DNA from: Minisyncoccota bacterium
GTDB taxonomy: Bacteria; Patescibacteriota; Minisyncoccia; Phycocordibacterales; JAACPR01
Direction of reading: 5' to 3'
Length of the DNA stretch: 45,487 bases
Assembly (NCBI GenBank): GCA_035327525.1
Contig: DAOLDC010000002.1
Span: 1 to 45,487 of the forward strand
Positions within the stretch are counted from its first letter, which is position 1; every line of letters begins with the position of its first letter. The notes below the pieces were generated by a model that was not told the origin of the DNA, made no database searches, and saw only the letters and a list, made by a program, of their open reading frames with translations. The translations under genes were made by a program, and so were the position numbers. Of this stretch, positions 16,485-26,567 are shown one piece after another.

Positions 16485-17657
16485 ATGAAATCAGGCAAAT
16501 TAAATAGTTTTATTTCCCAGAAAAAAGGTTTCACCCTCCTAGAAATGCTATTGGTAATCGCAATCATTGCTATCCTAGCCGGAATAGTTATTGTCGCCAT
16601 CAACCCAGGTAGACAATTGGCACAAGCCAGAAATGCTCAACGCGCATCTGATCTGAATGCAATAGACAAAGCTCTGAAGCAGTACTATATCGATAACAGA
16701 GCATGGCCTGCGGCATTAAATAGCGACGGAAATGTTTATGATATATGCGATACAGGAGGCGATAATTCAAATGATTGTGTTAATCTAGGAGACGGTATTC
16801 TTGTACCAGTTTACATATCTGCTCTACCACAGAATCCATCTGGCGGAAACTATATCCTTGCTCTTGAAACCAACTCAAATCTTTCACTAGGCGCTCCTGG
16901 TAGTACAGAATCTGGTTTGTCTCCTGTTTATATTGGTAGCAATGCTGCTTTGATAGCTTTGATTGAAGATGGAGATGGAGGTGGTGGAGGGGGCGGTTGT
17001 GATGCTGAGTGTGAGATTGTTACTAGTCTAAGGGATGGACTGGTTGGATATTGGCCATTAGATGTAGATAATAGTACACAGCCAGATGAATCTGATAATA
17101 ATAACACGGGATCTGTAACCGATTCTACTTATACTGGTAGTGGAAAAGTAAATGGTGCATACACATTTAATGGAAATGGTTATATAGATATATCAAATTT
17201 TTTCACTAACTTTGTAAATGGCCAATCAGCTTGGACATATTCTATGTGGGTATATACAGATGCCCTGAATAAAATACCGTTCTCGCACGCATCTGACGGA
17301 TCAACATATTTCCACATAACATCAAGCGGTTCCCTTGATTTGAGATTGAGTAATGGTGCCACAACAAGTTCTGGTGGTGTGTTTGGTACAAATGATTGGA
17401 GACATATAGTCATATCATACAATGCTGGTGCTACAAATATTTATTATAATGGTTCCTCTACACCAGTTGCATCAAATACTGGACAGTTAAACACCATAAC
17501 TGGAACATTAAGGCTTGGTAAATACAATACACAGTCTCAGTTTTCAGAAAATATACGAGTAGATGAGGCATCTATGTGGAACAGGGTATTATCTACAGGT
17601 GAAATATCACAATTATACAACTCAGGATCTGGTAGAAGTTTGATATTGGAAGAATAG
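16485..17657 (+). CDS. Type IV pilin-like protein (prepilin N-terminal methylation motif) fused to a LamG/concanavalin-A-like lectin domain
   Basis: A class III signal and methylation site (KKGFTLLEMLLVIAIIAILAGIV) opens the protein. A Gly-rich linker follows (DGDGGGGGGGCDAECE). The C-terminal ~200 aa has the LamG_3-type pattern (GLVGYWPLD, NGAYTFNGNGYI, WTYSMWV, WRHIVISY, LRLGK). Confidence 0.8.
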   Translation: MKSGKLNSFISQKKGFTLLEMLLVIAIIAILAGIVIVAINPGRQLAQARNAQRASDLNAIDKALKQYYIDNRAWPAALNSDGNVYDICDTGGDNSNDCVNLGDGILVPVYISALPQNPSGGNYILALETNSNLSLGAPGSTESGLSPVYIGSNAALIALIEDGDGGGGGGGCDAECEIVTSLRDGLVGYWPLDVDNSTQPDESDNNNTGSVTDSTYTGSGKVNGAYTFNGNGYIDISNFFTNFVNGQSAWTYSMWVYTDALNKIPFSHASDGSTYFHITSSGSLDLRLSNGATTSSGGVFGTNDWRHIVISYNAGATNIYYNGSSTPVASNTGQLNTITGTLRLGKYNTQSQFSENIRVDEASMWNRVLSTGEISQLYNSGSGRSLILEE

Positions 17658-17682
17658 ATGTGGAAAAGTGTCGCACAACCGC

Positions 17683-17711
17683 TTGACATTAATTTAGTTT
17701 TAATTTAGACT
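17683..17711 (+). promoter_or_regulatory. Putative promoter (-35 TTGACA, 17 nt, -10 TAGACT) about 200 nt upstream of rpoB
   Basis: A perfect -35 hexamer lies at 17683-17688, and TAGACT at 17706-17711. Confidence 0.4.
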
Positions 17712-17915
17712 TATATTTAACGCTATTTGGGGATTGAGTTTTGACAGAAATCGCGGATTTTTAATTTTAGATTTTAAATAAAAAAATAAGTCTGCTAATG
17801 CGTATTTTCGTATATTATAAAAATTAGACTAAACACAAAACGACAAACTCTCTAATAAAAAAAGAGAGAATCGTTTATTTTTTGTGTCTATTATCAAAAA
17901 AACCAAAACATAAAT

Positions 17916-20900
17916 ATGAAGTCAATAAAATTTACAAAGGATGATTCAAAAACAGTTGGACAAAGAGAAAAGAAATATTTTTCACGATACAAAAAACCGC
18001 AACTAGAGTTGCCAAATCTTTTTGAAGGACAAACAGAATCATTCAACTGGCTGATCAATTCTGGTCTAAAGGAAGTTTTTGCTGAATTTTCTTCAATTGA
18101 GGATTATTCTGGCAAAAAATTTGAATTGCAATTTGGTAATTTGATTTTTGAGGAGCCAAAAATGTCCAGTAGTGCAGCCAGATTCAACCATCTATCTTAT
18201 GAAGCAACATTGAAGGTTAGAGCAAAACTGATCAATAAGGCTCTTGGTACCCAAAAAGAGCAAGACATTTTTCTGTCAGAATTTCCAGTAATGACAAAAC
18301 ACGGGACATTTATAATCAATGGTGTAGAAAGAGTTATAGTTCCACAATTGGCTAGATCATACGGTGTTCTATTTACAACAAATTTGATAAAGGGCCGAAT
18401 TCTTTTTGGTTCAAAAATAATTCCAGCTAGAGGTGCATGGATAGAGTTCGAGACGGATGTTGATAATGTTGTTTATGTTAGAATTGATAGAAACAGAAAA
18501 TTCCTTGTTACTACTTTTTTGAGAGTATTAGGAGCGTCAACAGACGAAAGTATTCTGAAATTATTCAAGGATAACAGTCACGCAACAGAAGCCATCAAGA
18601 AAACCTTGGCAAAAGACTCCATAAAGGAAGTTGATGAAGCATATTTGGATATATACAAGAGATTGAGAGATGGAGATTTGGTTAATTTGGAAAATGCCCG
18701 AGAATTTATAGATTCTATTTTGCAAGAAAGCCGATACGATTTGTCAGAAGTGGGTAGATTCAAGTTTAATAATCGTTTTGGATTGCCTACTGACAAAAAA
18801 GCACTTCAAAAGAAAAATATCGATAAAGAAGATTTGGCAATAATTATTTCTCATATTGTTGAATTGAATCACACACCAGACGCAATGGCCGATGATATTG
18901 ATCACTTGGGATCAAGAAGAGTTAGATTTGTTGGAGAATTATTACAACAAAAAGTTCGAACTGGTTTGGCTCAAATGAAAAGAAATATTCAAAACAGAAT
19001 GTCGACAATTGATAATTCCAACACACTTCCAGCAAACTTTGTAACATCTAGACCACTTCAGGCTAGAATAAAAGAATTTTTTACAACAAACCAACTTTCA
19101 CAATTTCTACAACAGGAAAACATGTTGATGGAAATAGAATCATTGAGAACTGTTTCTGCACTAGGTCCAGGAGGTTTATCCAGAGAGCGAGCTGGTCTAG
19201 AAGTCAGAGACGTGCACCCATCTCATTATGGTAGAGTTTGTCCAATCCAAACTCCAGAAGGTCCAAACATCGGACTTATTTTGAGATTGTCATCATACGC
19301 CAGAACAAACAAATATGGAATGATAGAAACTCCGTATCTAAAAGTTGATCAAGGAAAAGTTACAAATCAAATTGTATACATGAATGCCCATGAGGAAGAA
19401 AAATACAACATCGCTCATGCTGCAGCAAAATTTGATGAAAACAATTCATTTGTTGAAAAATATGTAACTGTTAGATCACATGGAATGCCAAATGTTATAA
19501 AAAATACAGAAGTTGATTATGTTGATATCGCCCCAAATCAGGCATTTTCTATCGCCACATCAATGATTCCTTTCCTAGATCATGATGATGCAAACAGATC
19601 ATTGATGGCATCAAACATGCAAAAACAAGCCGTTCCAGTTTTGCGAACTGAGGCTCCAATTGTAGCAACAGGCGCAGAAGGAGATTCATTAAAACTTTCA
19701 AATAGAGTATTGAGAGCAGAGGAAGCTGGAGTTGTAGAATATGTTGACGCAAAAAGGATTTCAGTAAATACAGGAAAAGGTAAGAATACTGAGTATGAAT
19801 TAGAAAACTTACTTCGCACAAACAGCTTTACTGCTTTTGGGCACAAACCAGTTGTAAATGTTGGTGACAAAGTCAAAAAAGGCGATTTATTGGCAGATAC
19901 TACAACCAGTGATAATGGTCAGATAGCTCTGGGCAAAAATCTTTTGGTGGCGTTTATGTCATGGTCTGGTTCTAACTATGAGGACGCTATAATTTTGTCA
20001 CAAAGAATTGTTAAAGATGATGTTTTGACTTCAATTCATCTTGAGGAGGTTGTAATTAATGTGCGTGATACCAGACTTGGTCCAGAAGTTACAACATCTG
20101 ACATTCCAAATGTTGGCGACACTAGACTAAAAAATCTAGACGAAGATGGAATTATCAGAATTGGAGCCGAAGTTCGTCCGGGGGATATTCTAGTCGGAAA
20201 AATTACTCCAAAAGGTGAAACACAATTGACGCCAGAAGAAAGACTTCTTCGATCTATTTTTGGTGACAAATCAAGAGATGTAAAAGATTCTTCAAAAAGA
20301 GCAGAGGGTAGTTTGAGAGGAAGGGTTGTTGGTGTAAAAATATTTTCTAGAGAAAATGGCGACAAATTGGATTCTGGAATAATAAAAAGAATTCATGTCG
20401 AAATTGCTCAACTTCGTCCAATCAGTCTTGGAGACAAATTGGCCGGTCGTCACGGTAACAAGGGTGTTATTTCAAAAATTCTTCCAGCCGAAGATATGCC
20501 ATATACAGAAGATGGAACACCTGTTGATATTATCTTGACCCCACTTGGAGTTCCAAGTCGTATGAACCTTGGTCAAATTCTAGAACTTCACCTTGGTTTG
20601 GCAGCTAATGCATTGGATTATCAGGCAATTTGTCCCGCTTTTGCTGGTGCTACTGTAGAAGAAATTAGATCCGAATTATCAAATGCTGGATTCAATACAA
20701 ACGGTAAAATGCCACTATATGATGGGAGAACTGGAGAAAAATTTGATCAAGATATTTCTGTGGGATATATGTATATGATGAAATTACATCACATGGTCGA
20801 AGACAAAATTCACATGAGATCGATTGGACCATACTCATTGATTACACAACAACCACTTGGTGGAAAAGCTCAAAACGGTGGTCAGAGATTTGGAGAGATG

Positions 20901-21143
20901 GAAGTCTGGGCATTATTGGGTCATGGAGCCGCACACACATTGAGAGAAATGCTTACTTACAAATCCGATGATATTGTTGGTCGTTCAGCAGCATTTGATG
21001 CAATTGTAAAAGGTAGACCGATAACAGAAACAAATGTTCCTGCATCATTCAATGTTCTAGTAAAAAACATGAGAGGTTTGGGACTGGATATAGATATCAT
21101 GCATGAACAAGGTGGGGATGATAATACAGAATTTAAAAATTAA
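17916..21143 (+). CDS. rpoB: DNA-directed RNA polymerase beta subunit
   Basis: 1075 aa with conserved beta-subunit blocks (GRHGNKGVISKI, EMEVWALLGHGAAHTL). Confidence 0.98.
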   Translation: MKSIKFTKDDSKTVGQREKKYFSRYKKPQLELPNLFEGQTESFNWLINSGLKEVFAEFSSIEDYSGKKFELQFGNLIFEEPKMSSSAARFNHLSYEATLKVRAKLINKALGTQKEQDIFLSEFPVMTKHGTFIINGVERVIVPQLARSYGVLFTTNLIKGRILFGSKIIPARGAWIEFETDVDNVVYVRIDRNRKFLVTTFLRVLGASTDESILKLFKDNSHATEAIKKTLAKDSIKEVDEAYLDIYKRLRDGDLVNLENAREFIDSILQESRYDLSEVGRFKFNNRFGLPTDKKALQKKNIDKEDLAIIISHIVELNHTPDAMADDIDHLGSRRVRFVGELLQQKVRTGLAQMKRNIQNRMSTIDNSNTLPANFVTSRPLQARIKEFFTTNQLSQFLQQENMLMEIESLRTVSALGPGGLSRERAGLEVRDVHPSHYGRVCPIQTPEGPNIGLILRLSSYARTNKYGMIETPYLKVDQGKVTNQIVYMNAHEEEKYNIAHAAAKFDENNSFVEKYVTVRSHGMPNVIKNTEVDYVDIAPNQAFSIATSMIPFLDHDDANRSLMASNMQKQAVPVLRTEAPIVATGAEGDSLKLSNRVLRAEEAGVVEYVDAKRISVNTGKGKNTEYELENLLRTNSFTAFGHKPVVNVGDKVKKGDLLADTTTSDNGQIALGKNLLVAFMSWSGSNYEDAIILSQRIVKDDVLTSIHLEEVVINVRDTRLGPEVTTSDIPNVGDTRLKNLDEDGIIRIGAEVRPGDILVGKITPKGETQLTPEERLLRSIFGDKSRDVKDSSKRAEGSLRGRVVGVKIFSRENGDKLDSGIIKRIHVEIAQLRPISLGDKLAGRHGNKGVISKILPAEDMPYTEDGTPVDIILTPLGVPSRMNLGQILELHLGLAANALDYQAICPAFAGATVEEIRSELSNAGFNTNGKMPLYDGRTGEKFDQDISVGYMYMMKLHHMVEDKIHMRSIGPYSLITQQPLGGKAQNGGQRFGEMEVWALLGHGAAHTLREMLTYKSDDIVGRSAAFDAIVKGRPITETNVPASFNVLVKNMRGLGLDIDIMHEQGGDDNTEFKN

Positions 21144-21153
21144 TTATAATACT

Positions 21154-24100
21154 ATGCAAAGAAAAACACACAAAAAACCAGCAATCGACAAAATATTTCT
21201 GAAACTTGCCTCACCTGATAGAATTCTGGAATGGTCAAAAGGAGAGGTCACAAAACCAGAAACTGTTAACTACAGAACACAAAGATCAGAAAAAAATGGT
21301 CTATTTGACGAAAGAATTTTTGGTCCAGAAAAGGATTATGAATGTTACTGTGGAAAATATCGCGGTATCAGATACAAGGGTATTGTTTGTGAAAAATGTG
21401 GAGTCGAAATAACTAGATCAATTGTTCGAAGAGATAGAATGGGACATATAACATTGGCTAGTCCTGTGGCACATATTTGGTTTTTGCGTAGTATGCCATC
21501 AAGAATCAGTACTTTGCTGGGTATGAATTCTGGTGATGTTGAGAAGGTTGTATATTTTGCAGGATATTTGATTACGGAAGTCCACGATAGTGAGAAAAAA
21601 AGAATTTTGAGCGATCTGGAGTCAGAATATAAGAATAAAAGCAAAACAGCTCAGGATGAAAAAACAAAAGAAAAATTAAAATCTCTTTATCAACAAACAA
21701 AAACAGAAATCGATTCAATCCAACAAGGACAAGTTCTTGATGAGGTTATCTATCATAAATATTCTATGAAATATGGTTCTGTGTTTGAAGCAAAAATCGG
21801 CGCAGAAGCTATTTATGATCTTTTCAAATCTCTAAATTTGAAAGAATTACTAACCAAGCTAGAAAAACAATTAGAGGACGCATCCGCAATTTCAAAGGAC
21901 AAATTGAATCGCAGAATAAGCTTGATAAGGGCAATGTTGAAATCAGAAATTCGTCCAGAATGGATGTTTTTGGTTCATATTCCAGTTATCCCACCAGCTT
22001 TACGCCCAATGGTTGCACTTGATGGTGGTAGGCAAGCAACAGCCGACGTTAACGACTTATATCGTAGAGTAATAAACAGAAATAATCGTCTAAAAAAATT
22101 GAAGGATATTGGAGCACCAGATGTTATTTTGAGAAATGAAAAAAGAATTCTACAAGAAGCTGTTGATGCATTACTTGATAACAGTATCAGACACAATTCT
22201 GGTGCAAATATGTCAGCTCAGGCTCAAAAAAGAGTTTTGAAATCAATAGCCGATAATTTGAAAGGAAAAAGAGGATTTTTTAGAGGAAATCTTCTTGGTA
22301 AGAGAGTAGATTACTCTGGCCGTTCAGTTATTGTTATTGGTCCTACTTTGAAATTGAATCAATGTGGTTTACCAAAGCACATGGCGCTGGAATTATTCAG
22401 ACCATTTATTATTTCCGAATTATTGAAAAGAGAATTGGCTTTCAACATCAGAGGTGCTGGAAGGTTGATTGACGACGAATCTCCAGAAGTATGGGAAATT
22501 CTAGACGAAGTGATAACAGACAAATATGTATTACTTAATCGTGCTCCAACATTGCACAGACTAGGTATTCAAGCCTTCAAACCGGTTCTAATAGAAGGAA
22601 ACGCAATTCAGGTTCATCCACTTGTCTGTACCGCCTTTAACGCTGACTTCGATGGAGACCAAATGGCAGTTCACGTTCCATTATCCGCAGTTGCTCAATA
22701 CGAGGCAAAAGAAATAATTGCTGCTGACAAAAACGTTCTAAAGCCAGGTTCAGGAGATCCTGTCGTATCACAAAAATTATTGGATATCTTGCTTGGATGT
22801 TTTTGGGTTACAAAGATGGTTTCTGGTGAAAAAGGAGAAGGAATGATTTTTCCAGGTCCAAATTTGGCAATCACAGCTCATGATTATGATCTTGTTTCAT
22901 TGAGAGCAAAAATCAGAATAAAAACAAAATCCGGAACAAAATTCATAAATGGTGAAAAGGATGTTCTTGAAACCACGGTTGGTAGAATTATGTTCAATTC
23001 TATTTTGCCATCAGATTATCCATTCATAAATGAGGAAATTGACAAAAAGAAAATGACAAAAATTGTTAATGATTTTATTAACAAATATGGCTTGGATGGT
23101 TTGCCTGATATATTGGACAACATAAAGAATTTTGGCTTCAAATATGCAACAAAATCTGGCGTAACATGGGCAATAGACGATCTACAAATTCCAAAAGAAA
23201 AGACAAATATAATCGCTGCGGCACTTGAAGAGGTCAAAAAAATCAAGAATCAATTCAACGACGGTTTGTTATCTGAATCAGAAAAGAAAAGAAAACTTAC
23301 AACAATTTGGCATGGAGCAAAAAATGAAATTGAAGCTTTGATTCCTGGAACACTTGATCAAAATGGTCCAGTCTATGATATGTGGAAATCTGGCGCTAGA
23401 GGTTCTATTGGTCAAATTACTCAAATGGCCGGAATGAAAGGTATTATTATCAATTCCAGAGGTGAGGAAATTGAAAACCCAATTATTTCAAGCAGTAAGG
23501 AGGGATTTAGTCCAATTGAATATTTCACATCTACTCACGGTTCAAGAAAAGGTTTGACAGACACAGCTCTGAACACAGCTAGGGCTGGTTATTTGACCAG
23601 AAGACTTTTTGATGTGGCACAAGATGTCATTGTGAGAGAAGAAGATTGTGGCACAAAGAAGTTCATAACTATAAAGAAAAAATTTGGAGATTCAGGAATA
23701 GAAATTTCCTTGGCCAAAAAAATACGCGGAAGAGTTTTGGCTTCAGACATTGTTTCTGATGGTAAAAAAATATTCGAAAAGGGTCACCTTCTTTCAAAGG
23801 AGGACGCACAACTGATTGAGGATTCAAATGTTGATGAGGTTATGGTTAGATCTCCACTTACTTGTGAAACTCATAGGGGCATATGTAGCAAATGTTACGG
23901 TACCGACCTTGGTAGAGACGAAATTATTGATTTGGGTGAAGCCGTTGGTACTGTTTCTGCACAAGCTATTGGTGAACCTGGAACACAGCTGACAATGAGA
24001 ACATTCCACGCTGGAGGTACAGCATCTGTTGGTGGAGACATTACTCAAGGTCTTCCTCGTGTTGAAGAAGTTTTTGAAAGAAGAAAGCCAAAGAGCCCAT

Positions 24101-24831
24101 GCCTGATAGCAAAAATGGATGGTATTATTTCAGAAATAAAAGAAGATGGTAAGGACAAGATAATTGTAATTAGTCCAAAAGATGCTACAAAAGCAAAATC
24201 AAAGAAGAATACAGAATATGTTGTAACCCACATCAGAACGCCATTAGTAAAAGTTGGTGATGAGGTTTTGAAGGGACAATTTTTGACCGATGGTTCAGCT
24301 GACATATCAGAAATATTCAAATATGCAGGTCAGGATAAGGCTGAGGATTATATTATTAATCAAATCAACAAGGTTTACGAATTACAGGGAGAATCTGTTT
24401 CTAGAAAACACATAGAGATAATTGTTAGACAAATGTTCTCTAGAGTAAAGGTAATAGATGGTGGTGATACCAAATACACCGTTGGTGATGTTGTATCAAG
24501 AGATGATCTATTAGAAGAAAATAAAACTGTAGAAAAATCGAACAAACTAAAAGCAAAGGCTGAACCAGTAGTTTTGGGAATTACCGAAGTTTCATTATCA
24601 CGAAAGAGCTTCCTTTCCGCTGCATCATTTCAGCATACTACAAAAGTCTTGATTAATGCTGCGATCAGAGGAGCAGAAGACGTATTGGACGGTCTAAAAG
24701 AAAACGTTATTCTGGGACGAATTATACCTGCTGGAACAGGCTTTGCGGGAAGTAGAAAGCATGCTAGAGCAAAAGAAGTTGAGGACAAGGCAAATGCTGA
24801 TTACGAAGCAATGTCAGATTCATTCGAGTAA
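21154..24831 (+). CDS. rpoC: DNA-directed RNA polymerase beta-prime subunit
   Basis: The N-terminus aligns from MQRKTHKK...LASPDRILEWSKGEVTKPETVNYRT. The Zn-binding CYCGKY...CEKCGVE and the catalytic NADFDGDQM are present. The ATG at 21154 is preferred over the track start at 21103, which overlaps rpoB. Confidence 0.98.
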   Translation: MQRKTHKKPAIDKIFLKLASPDRILEWSKGEVTKPETVNYRTQRSEKNGLFDERIFGPEKDYECYCGKYRGIRYKGIVCEKCGVEITRSIVRRDRMGHITLASPVAHIWFLRSMPSRISTLLGMNSGDVEKVVYFAGYLITEVHDSEKKRILSDLESEYKNKSKTAQDEKTKEKLKSLYQQTKTEIDSIQQGQVLDEVIYHKYSMKYGSVFEAKIGAEAIYDLFKSLNLKELLTKLEKQLEDASAISKDKLNRRISLIRAMLKSEIRPEWMFLVHIPVIPPALRPMVALDGGRQATADVNDLYRRVINRNNRLKKLKDIGAPDVILRNEKRILQEAVDALLDNSIRHNSGANMSAQAQKRVLKSIADNLKGKRGFFRGNLLGKRVDYSGRSVIVIGPTLKLNQCGLPKHMALELFRPFIISELLKRELAFNIRGAGRLIDDESPEVWEILDEVITDKYVLLNRAPTLHRLGIQAFKPVLIEGNAIQVHPLVCTAFNADFDGDQMAVHVPLSAVAQYEAKEIIAADKNVLKPGSGDPVVSQKLLDILLGCFWVTKMVSGEKGEGMIFPGPNLAITAHDYDLVSLRAKIRIKTKSGTKFINGEKDVLETTVGRIMFNSILPSDYPFINEEIDKKKMTKIVNDFINKYGLDGLPDILDNIKNFGFKYATKSGVTWAIDDLQIPKEKTNIIAAALEEVKKIKNQFNDGLLSESEKKRKLTTIWHGAKNEIEALIPGTLDQNGPVYDMWKSGARGSIGQITQMAGMKGIIINSRGEEIENPIISSSKEGFSPIEYFTSTHGSRKGLTDTALNTARAGYLTRRLFDVAQDVIVREEDCGTKKFITIKKKFGDSGIEISLAKKIRGRVLASDIVSDGKKIFEKGHLLSKEDAQLIEDSNVDEVMVRSPLTCETHRGICSKCYGTDLGRDEIIDLGEAVGTVSAQAIGEPGTQLTMRTFHAGGTASVGGDITQGLPRVEEVFERRKPKSPCLIAKMDGIISEIKEDGKDKIIVISPKDATKAKSKKNTEYVVTHIRTPLVKVGDEVLKGQFLTDGSADISEIFKYAGQDKAEDYIINQINKVYELQGESVSRKHIEIIVRQMFSRVKVIDGGDTKYTVGDVVSRDDLLEENKTVEKSNKLKAKAEPVVLGITEVSLSRKSFLSAASFQHTTKVLINAAIRGAEDVLDGLKENVILGRIIPAGTGFAGSRKHARAKEVEDKANADYEAMSDSFE

Positions 24832-24845
24832 TAAAAAATAAAATA

Positions 24846-26558
24846 ATGTCGCAAAGTGATATAGAAAAAATTAAAGAGCGACTAGGCATCAAGGAGGTTG
24901 TCGAAACATACATAAAGCTGGAAAAATCAGGAAAGAACTACAAGGGTAGATGTCCTTTTCACAACGAAAAAACACCGTCCTTTTTTGTGTCTCCTGACAG
25001 AGATAGTTACTATTGTTTTGGTTGTGGCGAAAAAGGCGATATTTTTTCATTTATTCAAAAAATGGAAAGTCTTGATTTTTATGATGCATTGAAGTCATTA
25101 GCAAGCAGGGCCGGTGTCGAAATTTCAAAAAAACCGGAAAATGATTCTCAATCAAGCAATAAAAAAATAAAAGAAATACTCGAAGTTTCTACAAAATTCT
25201 TTGAGCAAAAAATAAAGCAAAATAGCGAAGCCTTAAAATATCTTTCTGGCAGAGGATTATCAGAGGAAACAATTAGTAATTGGAGAATAGGTTTTGCGTC
25301 AGATGGTTGGAGCGATCTTCTTACTTATTTGAAATCAAGAAAATACTCAGAAAACCTAATTATGTCATCTGGAATGATAAAGAAAAATGATAAAGGTAGT
25401 ATTTATGACACATTTCGCAGTAGAATAATGTTTCCGATATTTAATTCAAATGGTGAAGTTATAGCTTTTTCTGGAAGAATTTTTTCTAAAATCGATTCAA
25501 CTGTTGCAAAATACCTAAACAGTCCAGAAACTGAATTATTCAAAAAATCAGAAATTCTATACGGATTTAATTTTGCAAAACAACATATTAGAAAAAATGA
25601 TTTTACTATTTTGGTAGAAGGTCAAATGGATACCGTGATGTGTCATCAAGCTGGTTACAAAAATACTGTTGCATCATCCGGAACTGCGTTGTCGGAAAAA
25701 CAATTAGAAATTATCTACAGAATTTCGCCTAATATTGTAATTGCATATGATTCTGACAGTGCAGGTTTCAAGGCTGCCGAAAAAGCATGGCAAATGGCTC
25801 TAAATATGGGTTTCGATATAAAAATTGCTCCAATTGATGAAGGAAACGACCCTGCTGATATTATCAAATCAGATCCTCAAAAATGGAAAATGATAATAAA
25901 AAATTCTTCACACATAATAGAGGTTCTAATAAAAAATAAAAAATCAACAAAATCAGATGGCAGACAAAATGCCAAATATGTTTCTGAAAAAATAATACCA
26001 TATCTTGCTTCCTTAAGGAGCAATATAGAACAGTCACATTTTATAAAAATGGTAAATGAAAATTTTGGAATCAGAGAAGATGCTATCTATGAAGAGTTGC
26101 AAAAACATAAATCAAATAGTATCGAAAAAATAAATTACCCAACCGTAGCAAAAAAAAATAATGACTCAGCAAAAATAGAAAAAAGGATTTTCGGAATTCT
26201 GATTTGGCAGGAATCAGCGAAAGAAAAAATAATTGATCCAGAAAAATTAAAAAAAAATTTGATGGAAATTTTGAATGGTGAATATGATTTGATTTACCAA
26301 TCAGTAAAAAAGAATTCGGAGGAAGTGATATTTATGCTAGAAGATTATTATGATGAAAAAAGATTAAAAAAAGAAATAGATGAATTGTTAGTAAATTTGA
26401 AAAAAGAATATCTAAAAAGAAGAAACAAGAAATTATTACTGAAATTACGAAGCCTAGAAAAGACTTCTAATGACAAAGAGACGGATATAGTTTTGGCAGA
26501 AATAGGTAGAGTTTCAAAGGAAATTGAGGATATTAATAAAAAAATAAATTTGATATAA
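24846..26558 (+). CDS. dnaG: DNA primase
   Basis: A zinc-binding domain (CPFHNEKTPSFFVSP...YYCFGCGEKGD) is followed by a TOPRIM region (EGQMD, YDSDSAG). Confidence 0.95.
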   Translation: MSQSDIEKIKERLGIKEVVETYIKLEKSGKNYKGRCPFHNEKTPSFFVSPDRDSYYCFGCGEKGDIFSFIQKMESLDFYDALKSLASRAGVEISKKPENDSQSSNKKIKEILEVSTKFFEQKIKQNSEALKYLSGRGLSEETISNWRIGFASDGWSDLLTYLKSRKYSENLIMSSGMIKKNDKGSIYDTFRSRIMFPIFNSNGEVIAFSGRIFSKIDSTVAKYLNSPETELFKKSEILYGFNFAKQHIRKNDFTILVEGQMDTVMCHQAGYKNTVASSGTALSEKQLEIIYRISPNIVIAYDSDSAGFKAAEKAWQMALNMGFDIKIAPIDEGNDPADIIKSDPQKWKMIIKNSSHIIEVLIKNKKSTKSDGRQNAKYVSEKIIPYLASLRSNIEQSHFIKMVNENFGIREDAIYEELQKHKSNSIEKINYPTVAKKNNDSAKIEKRIFGILIWQESAKEKIIDPEKLKKNLMEILNGEYDLIYQSVKKNSEEVIFMLEDYYDEKRLKKEIDELLVNLKKEYLKRRNKKLLLKLRSLEKTSNDKETDIVLAEIGRVSKEIEDINKKINLI

Positions 26559-26559
26559 T
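26551..26559 (+). promoter_or_regulatory. Extended -10 box TGATATAAT 8 nt upstream of the rpoD ATG, overlapping the dnaG stop
   Basis: Read directly: TGATATAAT, then AAAAATAC, then the ATG at 26568. The 9-mer is identical to the one in front of smc. Confidence 0.4.
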
Positions 26560-26567
26560 AAAAATAC

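Noticed and set aside
16975-17000. The G-rich tract encoding the poly-Gly linker of the pilin, as a possible phase-variable simple-sequence repeat.
   Set aside because: The DNA is interrupted (GGAGGTGGTGGAGGGGGCGGT), and the longest homopolymer is 5 G. That is too short and irregular for slipped-strand phase variation.
21103-21153. An upstream start for rpoC at 21103, overlapping the rpoB 3' end.
   Set aside because: The conserved beta-prime N-terminus aligns from the ATG at 21154, which lies 10 nt after the rpoB stop. The extension has no homology.
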